In this document: positions 52,650 to 61,285 of the stretch, piece by piece | Numbering within the stretch: the first letter of the stretch is position 1 | Layout of the letters: every line of letters begins with the position of its first letter | From: Diplonema japonicum | Lineage: Eukaryota > Protista > Euglenozoa: Diplonemea | Length of the DNA stretch: 64,000 nucleotides | NCBI GenBank assembly: GCA_964019335.1 | Contig: OZ025677.1 | Location: forward strand, 372,001 to 436,000 | Direction of reading: 5' to 3' | Translations under genes and position numbers: made by a program | The notes under the pieces: generated by a model | Told to the model about the DNA's origin: nothing | Seen by the model: only the letters and a program-made list of their open reading frames with translations | Database searches by the model: none

Positions 52650-55600
52650 TTAAATCTCATCGTCGGCTGCCTGAACAAAAGCTACAGGTGCGTCCCCAGG
52701 TGCACCATCAAACTTATTCTCATGGCTTTCTTCTTTCACCTCATCCTCTTCTTGATCTTCCATCTCTAAGTGACTGGCCTCATCTTCATTCGCCGGGAAA
52801 GGCTCAGGACAGAGAATGTCATCGTCACCAACGAGGCCGTTCTTGAACCTCTGGAGCAAGGTGTTCAAGGTCGATATGTCTTGTACAGAATCTACAATCC
52901 TGGCGTTGCTGGCGGTGGGAGGCGATGCGTCACACCCACACCCCCAGAAGAACTGTGTTGTGTCAAAAAGAAATAAAGCGCATAGTGTTATACCTCATAA
53001 AAGTACCACGAATCCCGCAACCTGTAGTAGAAGTCGCGCCTTACATCGTCGTCATCCACCAACTGCCACATGTCTTTGTACCACTCGAACCTCTGTGTTA
53101 AAAAGACCGGGTGCATGTGTGACAGCTTCGTGTGGTGCTCCAGCTGCATAACGCACAGTGCAAGCTTCGACGCTCTTGTGTTGCCCGACACCATTGCCTC
53201 CCATTGTCCATGGGATAGCCCTCTTGCTAGCGAACCTTTGCTGACCATAAGGCCGTGCAAGGAATGGAGGTCCTGCTGGACCTGCTCCGGTGTGACCTCC
53301 AGTCCAATGACTGCCTCGTGATACATGTTGTACATCTTCCAGATGAACACGGCAGCAATGCCAGCCAGCAGCACGGCGAAGATGACGAACGTCACGATGC
53401 TGCTGCTGTCCTTGTTCACGCGCAGGGCTATGATGGAGGCAGCCGCCATTGAATAGCACGCCGTTCGCCACATGGTGTACATTCTCACCGAGCACACGTG
53501 GTCCACGTTGAAGACATACGGGTAGCACAGCGTCCACCCGATGCACCACAGCATCCCCCCGATCGTCACGCCTACTGTTGCATCGATGCTGTCACGTGTC
53601 GCGACTGCCAGAACCCCCATGACTACGATCCCGAACCTTATAAGTGCTTCGTACAGTTCGACGAAGATGATGTCCAGCATGGTGCTGTGAGATGTGGTGT
53701 ACTCCGGGATCTTCATCACCGTCGTCAGCGAGTAGAAGCTGAACCCCAGCGTGCTGAAGGCAGCCAGCGTGATGTGCTTCGTGTCGTAGTAGCAATGAAT
53801 GGTGTCGCTGAACGGCGTCAACACACCCCCCTCGAACCCGTCTCTGGAGTCGCAGAACAACAGTTGGGTGAGGTTGAAGGTGATGAGCAGCTGCATGCCT
53901 TGCGACAGCAGTCCCATGCAGAAAACCCATGAGTTGTGCTTGTAGATTGTCGTCTCCGAGGACAAGGCCATGACGATGATGGGGAGGGCCACAAGGATGT
54001 AGTATGCCCCCATGGCGCCCATGGTGACGTACACCCCGAGAGGGTAGCCGTCGGAGGCATCGATGTCCAGCAGCACCGCACGGAAAAAGCTGTACAGATC
54101 CGAAGAAGGGAACAACCTCCCAACAAGTGCGACAGCCCATAGTGCTTCTATGGCTGCGTAGAGCATTTGCAAACCGTTGAACCAGTTCAGTCGCAAGAAG
54201 CGGGAGTGGGTCAGCCGCACGGACTCCTTTATCTCCGACGATGATAACGCGGACACCAACAGGAATACCAGTAGCACCCCTCCCAGCACACCGTAATACA
54301 AACCAAACGAAAGCGCAGTTTTTCCGTCAGGAAGAAGGCTTCCTACAATGGCTCCCGACCATCCATATAGCCAGCCTGACACGATGACCACAATGAGTCC
54401 CGAGAAGCATCCAGCTGAGTCGGAGCCGAAAATAAGGTGTTCCACAAGAACACCCGGAGTAAAGAAGCCTACAGCAATGCCACCAACAACCCACTTGAGT
54501 GACTCACACGAGAATATCCTGAACAGCAGCGACAAGATGTCCCCGACAGCCATGTTGAAGAAGTAGTCGACCACCTTGCGGGCTGCTTCGTACGTACGTT
54601 CCTGCAATGTGTACTCCAAGACACAGGCGGGGAAGCTGAACATGTTTCTGATGCACAATATAATTATAATGGATTTCAGCAAGTACAAGAAGTCGTAGGG
54701 GATCTCAAGGGCGTTGCTGAAGGCCGTTCTGTGGAAAGAGTACGTCTTGCGCATGGTGCGCCACAGTACCGGGATCCTGTACAGCGTGAGAACCACGAAC
54801 AGCACACAAAAAACAGCCGCCACATCAACAGCGAACTCCTTCACAGCTACAAACACAGCTTTTTTAGATGGTTTCACTTTGCACGAAAGTCCGGGAAGTT
54901 CCGCCGCGAGTCTGGTGGTTATATCCGTCAATGCGCTCCTACTGTTTTCCCTGGCCTTCACTTCATGAGCTTTAACCCGCTGGCTCTCAGCATAGGCTTG
55001 CTGGACTGACAGTTGAGATGCTGGAGCTCTGTCTTTGGCTTGTGTGCCTGCTGGGTCTTGGAACGACGTCACCCCGAGCTGATTCCGTAAGGAGATTACC
55101 CATTCGCCAGCACCGTCGAAGGTGTAGTTGGTCATGTAGTATTTGACGTTCGTTTTGACGATGGGATCGAAGCTCATCATGAACCTGGCCTGCTCCCTGC
55201 ACGCTTGTATGTGAACATAGTGTGAAGTCAAGGCCGACAAGGCATACTGCCTGAGCTCCTTAGCGGCGTCAGCGGACCCGAGCTTTTCGAGCTTCATGAC
55301 GGTGTCGATGATGCCCTGCACGAAGCTTACAAACCACTTGTGGTCTTCACACATGTTGTCCCCATATGTGTACGTGTTGTACCAGTAGAAGACACGGTAT
55401 GTGTGGAACATGCCGGACTTCACCTTTGTGTCGATCATCTGGTACGATTTCTCGATCTCCTTCTCCGTGGCATCTAGCGTCTTGCGCAGCTTCTTGACCT
55501 CTTTCGCAGCAAGGAACAGCTGGAGCTGCTCCTTCGAGAGCGACATTGAGCGGTACATGGTGTACGCCCTCCATGGCACAAGGTGGATCAACAGGAACAG

Positions 55601-57166
55601 GATCAGCGCCAAGATGTCGGACAGGAAGTACGCGAATTCAATGAAGGCAGGTACCGCCATCGTGTCGCAAAAGAGCTCACCAGGAATGGGCTTCGCATCT
55701 CGCAGGATCTCTGCCGAAGTTGTGTCCGTTACGTCATAGTCGTCGTTTACCTCAAACAGGTCAAGCTCGGTGCCAGGGTTCTCGTCGTTCGCCGCTTCCG
55801 CGAGTGAACCCAAACGGAACTTCATCGACATGAGTGTGCCCTCATGCTTCCCGAACTCGACGTCGACCTTGGTCTCTACCATACCGCCTATCTTGTTAAT
55901 ACCATTCACGATGCCTTTCTTCCCCGCCTTGATGTCGAAGTGTACCGTCGTGCTGAATTCTGTCTTACCCTCTTCAAAGTCCTTGTCGTCGACCGCTACC
56001 TTGAACGGCAGGAAGCCCTTCCCGATGGTCGCCACGGCGCTCCCCATTTTGTCTTCAACAATTTTCCACAGTGCAGGATCTCTTGCAAAGATCTTTGTGT
56101 TAGAAAAGGAGCACAGGTCGGGGGTCTTGGTCCCTGTGATGTGCAGCTTGAAGCCTTTGTTGAGAAACTCGGGGACAACGGCCGTAACGTGGCAATGTGG
56201 CCGGGGGTCCGCTTGCTTGGCGCATCTTTCTAGTGCTTTTGAGAGCGCGAGGTAGAATCGGTAGATGAACGGGAGCATGATGACGTAACATAACAAGGCA
56301 AAGAGCTCACGGAACGCGAACATGAAATTAGTTCTGCAGATCGTCCAGAAAGCAGATGATTCACAAGGCATGTTCTTCAAAGCCTTGTAAATGGCGGGGA
56401 GGCGAATAACAAGCAGACACGCAACTATAAGAAGAAGGAGATGGAAGAAGTCACAAACAACAAGCCCGCCTTGTACAAGCACTACCAGCCTCCGGTAAAG
56501 AAAACGGCGCAGCTCGTCACCAAAGTCGTCCGCCTGAAAACGGGTGTCATCGTCCACATCTTTCACCTTTTGGATGGTTTCACGTACTCTGTACCCAGTC
56601 AGAAGGACAAGTAGACCCACAGGGATGAGGAAAATATCAGCAATCCCAATCATGGTGTCGACGAATATCTGCTCCCTCCTCTTGTCTCCAGACACTCCTT
56701 TCTTCCAACCGCTGATTAAGTGGTCGTAGAAGAAAGGAGCCCTCCAAATCATAGCGGTCGACAGCAGGATCATGATAAAGAAGGGAATGTCCCTGATGAA
56801 GCTGAAGAACTGTCCCCACACCGCGAGGCGCGTCTTATAGTTGTAGTGCAAACTCAAGTCGCTGATGCACGTGTTCTTCCACTTCTTCCTTATTTTTCTC
56901 ACCATCCTTACGTTCCTCCACGTGAACAGTGTGAGCACGAAAACAATCAGCGAGAATATCTCGAAGATAGTAAACATGAAGAGCCCCCACATGCATATGA
57001 TCCACTCGTTGAGGTCGTGGTTCTCAGAGTCCGCCATCGTCAAGATCCCAGGAACGATCCTCCATGGGACTATGAAGCTCGCCAGCCCAACAATCGTGGA
57101 CAGCAGCGCGAAGAAGATCCTTAAGATAAGGAACACCCCCTTGGCGATCTCCACAAGCACGTTCAT
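52650..57166 (-). CDS. Large polytopic membrane protein of unknown function; exons 57166-52994 and 52952-52650
   Basis: About 1490 aa with many hydrophobic segments and repeated D..F....L...WR/YR hairpin units. A 41-nt GTAT..CACAG intron adds an acidic C-terminal exon in frame. Confidence 0.85.
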
Positions 57167-57233
57167 CGTCACCCCCCCCTCCCTTGGTATATGACCATGT
57201 TAACATTGTGGGATAAAAAAAACTTTTTTTCTT

Positions 57234-57725
57234 CTACTCTATTCCTAAGACAGTGATGCCAACGGAGGCTTTGCCTACTGCTTTGCGTCCTGTATACTCC
57301 ATTGGGACGGCGCCTTTGACCTTTGTGCGAGCGTCTGGTCTCGTTGTCATTTCTCGGTATGAGTGTTTCCTCCAGAAAGGAACAGCGGTAGGCTGTGCGT
57401 GAGCTATTGTATCGTGGTAGTGGCGCTTCACATGGCCGAGGAGCAGTGTCATGAGGCCTTTTCCCCTGTAGGGCTCGACAGTTGTGGCAAACATGATGTG
57501 GAACACCAAGTCGTCGGGCTTCATCCGTTCTTCTATCCCTATCACGCACGACACCAGTGATCCCTCTGTCACAGGGCGCCCTGTTGTGCATTCGAAGAAT
57601 GCGAACAGCCTCGCGTCGCTGTTTGTCATGACCCTCCGCACGCTGCACGTGAAGGTTCCCCCGACAGTTTCTCGAACCTGGCTTTGCTCGCGCGTAGTGT
57701 CACACCTGCTCAACCGCACGATCAT
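57234..57725 (-). CDS. Standalone GCN5-like GNAT acetyltransferase
   Basis: HIMFATTVEPYRGKGLMTLLL (motif A), AHAQPTAVPFWRKHSY (motif B) and GAVPMEY. Confidence 0.78.
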   Translation of the reverse strand: MIVRLSRCDTTREQSQVRETVGGTFTCSVRRVMTNSDARLFAFFECTTGRPVTEGSLVSCVIGIEERMKPDDLVFHIMFATTVEPYRGKGLMTLLLGHVKRHYHDTIAHAQPTAVPFWRKHSYREMTTRPDARTKVKGAVPMEYTGRKAVGKASVGITVLGIE

Positions 57726-57842
57726 TCCATGCTTCTTCTAGTTCTATTTTTTCTTTTTTTTTCTTTTCTTTTTTCTTTTTTTTTTTTTCTTGCAAAATTG
57801 GAAGAGAGAGGGGAAAAAAAAGGAGTGGGTGTGGGTAGGACG

Positions 57843-57873
<31 letters not shown>

Positions 57874-58000
57874 AATAAGAACAAAAAAAAAAAAATAAGA
57901 ATTTTGCATCTGTTTTTGCGCACACACACCCATTTCAAGAAACTGAACAGTTTGTTAAATACATAAAAAAAATAAAAATAAAAAAGGAAAACACCAGAAA

Positions 58001-58751
58001 CTAATCAAAAATTACAACCAGAGCGAATACCACACTAGCGAACAACAGCGACAGCGCGGGGTAAAGAGACGACCCGACGTTGTAGCAATTGTCAGGGTGG
58101 TCCCTTGCATAGGAACAGAAGGCTTCTTTCGACGGATATTCATTTGGGTCGATGACTGGCTCCCCGCTGAGCATGTTAGTTGAGTGACACTGCTTGTAAA
58201 TGTACCCACATGCTTCTTCACAAATATTGACGGAGAGGCAGTCAGGGTTAGGTGCGTACCGTAAGTACCTGTCCACGTTGTACACGGTGTACCTCTGGGA
58301 CTCGGGGGAGCATTTCCCGCATTCTTGGAAATGCGCAATCGTTATAAAACAACTCCAGTCGCTGCTCCCTGAAACATTTATCGTTTTCAGCAAAGTAACT
58401 TCATCTGCTTTCTCACAGCACGTGTGCTCACGAAACGGGCACCATCTGCATTCGTAACACTGTTTTTTTTTTTTTTTTTTTTTTTTTTTCTTCTTTTTTT
58501 TTTTAAAAACAATACCCATCGTGTGTCCGCCGTGCCGTTCTCCTTCCACGTTGCAAACGGGCATTGTAAATTATCCAAACTGAGCATTTTTTTTTCTTTT
58601 TTTTTTTCCTCCGAACCGAAAAAAAAAAAAAAAAAAAAGCAGCATACTTCGGAGCTGTACCGCCGCAACTCTGCGCGCCACACGGTACAAAGCACCATAT
58701 TATCATCACCAACACATAAATAGCTATGGTGCATGATGGCGCCCCGAGCAT
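58001..58751 (-). CDS. Folate-receptor-like Cys-rich, probably GPI-anchored surface protein; exons 58751-58648, 58579-58516, 58459-58001
   Basis: Signal peptide; Cys pattern WC....TCC..C..ECGKCSP..ICEEAC..IYKQC..FC; hydrophobic C-terminus. GT-AG introns of 68 and 56 nt keep the frame exactly. Confidence 0.78.
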
Positions 58752-59367
58752 CTTCTCTGTAGAAGTCTGTGTATTGATTTCGAGAGGAATAAAAAAAAAA
58801 ATAAGGATTAAAAAAAAAAAAAGAAAAACATGCTCGGGCATTATTTGAAAACGGAATCTTCAAAAAAAAAAAATGCGGAGAAAAAAAAAAACACGAAAAC
58901 CTTTTTTCTGGGGGGGAGAAGGCAGAATTTGAAAAACAAAAAAAATTGGGTTTCGAAAAAAAAAAAAAAAAAAGGAAGCGCAAAGAAGATGAATGGCCTG
59001 AAAAAAGAAAAAAAAAGTTGTATTTTTTACTTGCTTGTGCGCTTTATAGGCACTTTAGGTGACATGGATCTAAATGGGGGAGGGTATTTCTTTTTTTTTT
59101 TTTAATTTGTCAGCACAGCTGACTAGTTGAAAAAGAACTCCGCTGCCTAAGGTACCCTCAGTACTATATACGTAAATGGAACATGGCACTCTTGAGGTAT
59201 AAAAAATAAAGGGGGAGAATAAAAAAAAAAAAAGAAAAAAAAGAGGGGATGGGAACACACTAGAGAAAACAAAGGAAAGGGGGTAGCAGAAGAAGAAAGA
59301 AAAAGCAGGGGTAAGAAACAGAACTAAGATATAAAAAAAAAGGGGGGGGGGGAAATGATTTCTCGCG

Positions 59368-59398
<31 letters not shown>

Positions 59399-59644
59399 GG
59401 GCAAAACGTATCTGCCTCGCATTTCTATTCCACGCACTAGTGAAGAAAAAAAATACCACAACAGAAAAAGATTTACTTTTTTTTTTAGCGGGGGGTATTC
59501 CCATCGACTTATCAAAAGCGAGACAAAATCAGTTCTAAGAACAAAACAAAAACAAAAAAAAAGAGGAAGAAGGCACACTGATCTCCCCCTCCCCCTCTCC
59601 CATTTCTTTCCCTCTTTCCTTCCTCCTCTTCTATTAACAAACTA

Positions 59645-61111
59645 CTAAATATGAGCATCAGAGTCGAAGCTGTACCTCCAGTTCCGTATGTGCTCATCGT
59701 CATCATTGCTGTCTTCTGGTGCCATATCCGTCCCGACATCGTCTTCCTCTTCGTCTCCCTCTTCTGATCTTCCTTGCAAACCGAGTAACGCGAAAACATC
59801 CTTTCTGCACAGCGGGCAGGATCTGTTATATGTTACCCATGGGTCAATACATAACTTGTGGTAGTAGTGCTTACAAGGCAAAACCCGTACATCTGTGCCT
59901 GGTTCATATGGTCCTTGGCACACAGTGCAGACTTCTGTCCCAAGAGGCTCGGCTGTGGATGGGGTCAGTGTAACCAATTTTGTCGAAGTATGAAGACCAG
60001 GGCCCTGCGCTTGGTGTGTAGAAGACAATTGTACAAGGAAGTTGAACGCTTGCTCGGTGCTCATTGACGACAACTGCGACTCCAGCGACTGCAGGTCGTA
60101 GTCCAGACCGTTCTGCTGCAGCGAGCTTGCAGCAGTGGCCACTGCCGTTCGCAAACGTTCCGACTCCTCATCATCCCTCCCCACACGCTGCTCTTCGAAC
60201 GCAAATGTCAGCAAAAACGCCGGTGGGTAGATAGCAGGACACAGCACACCTTTCTGTCTGTAGTACCATGTGAACAATCCACCAAACAGCCACGAAAAAC
60301 ACCCGGCACTGTACACCACATCACCGAACACCACGAAGGGGACTAGATGGATAGCACGCACATTAAGGTGATGCCGCACCTTGGCAAGGGGCGTCAGGAC
60401 TAAGAGCGAGGCCAGCCACAGCAACATGGCGGAGTTCTTGCTCAAGAAGGAGCTTTGAACGGACCGCGTCAGCTTGCCGAACCACATCTTGAAGCTGAGG
60501 TTTATATAAGAGGACATCATTCTGACGATTGCAGGGAAAACCTCGATGACGAGGAGGTCTTGCCAGCAGCAGGTCCGCTCAAGGTGAAGGACCTCCGGTT
60601 GGGAGAGAGAGCCTCTCGGTGGGCAGGTGATGAAGGTACGGAAGATGGGAGGCACGCAAGATGTCATGATGAACTTCACACGGTGGTGGGCGATACCCGC
60701 GGAGCTGTCATAGACCTGGTAGAAGCTGGTGAAGCGCGTTCCAGGGACCCACCGGATCACTCCAAGCAGCTCAAGTACCTTGGCGAGGGTAAGGGAGATG
60801 AAGAGTTGCAAGCAGTCGCCTGCCACGTTGCCGATCACACGCATGGGCAGCCCCTCAGCCATGTCCCGTATCTCTTTCCACCCCTTTGGATACAGCCGCT
60901 GGAGTGTCGTTGGTATTTTCCCACCATCGTACAGCTCCAGCCCCAGCAAGCTCAGCCGCACCAGGCCCGCGCCGCCGAGCGCCCATCCTACCCACACCAA
61001 CGTTTTCGAATTGAAGATCTCCCTCACCACACCCTCTACAACCATATGGTCCCGCGGTGACCACCATTTACTGAATGCTGCTATCGCAGACGAAAGCTGC
61101 ACAGCCGCCAT
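59645..61111 (-). CDS. Membrane-associated RING-H2 E3 ubiquitin ligase
   Basis: CTVCQ..RVLPCKHYYHKLCIDPW....SCPLCR, with a hydrophobic N-terminal region. Likely ATG at 61111 (MAAVQ). Confidence 0.88.
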   Translation of the reverse strand: MAAVQLSSAIAAFSKWWSPRDHMVVEGVVREIFNSKTLVWVGWALGGAGLVRLSLLGLELYDGGKIPTTLQRLYPKGWKEIRDMAEGLPMRVIGNVAGDCLQLFISLTLAKVLELLGVIRWVPGTRFTSFYQVYDSSAGIAHHRVKFIMTSCVPPIFRTFITCPPRGSLSQPEVLHLERTCCWQDLLVIEVFPAIVRMMSSYINLSFKMWFGKLTRSVQSSFLSKNSAMLLWLASLLVLTPLAKVRHHLNVRAIHLVPFVVFGDVVYSAGCFSWLFGGLFTWYYRQKGVLCPAIYPPAFLLTFAFEEQRVGRDDEESERLRTAVATAASSLQQNGLDYDLQSLESQLSSMSTEQAFNFLVQLSSTHQAQGPGLHTSTKLVTLTPSTAEPLGTEVCTVCQGPYEPGTDVRVLPCKHYYHKLCIDPWVTYNRSCPLCRKDVFALLGLQGRSEEGDEEEDDVGTDMAPEDSNDDDEHIRNWRYSFDSDAHI

Positions 61112-61285
61112 GGGGAAAAAAGAGAAAAAAAGGCAAGGAACTCCTCCTTTCCCCCCCACGCGCCTACCCTACCCCCTCCCTGATGGCCTTGAAGGGTTGA
61201 GTTTGAATAAAAGCTGAAACACAAACTAATAAAAAAGACAGAATAAAAATCAAAAAAAAAAGAAACTGGGTCGGGTTAAAATACA

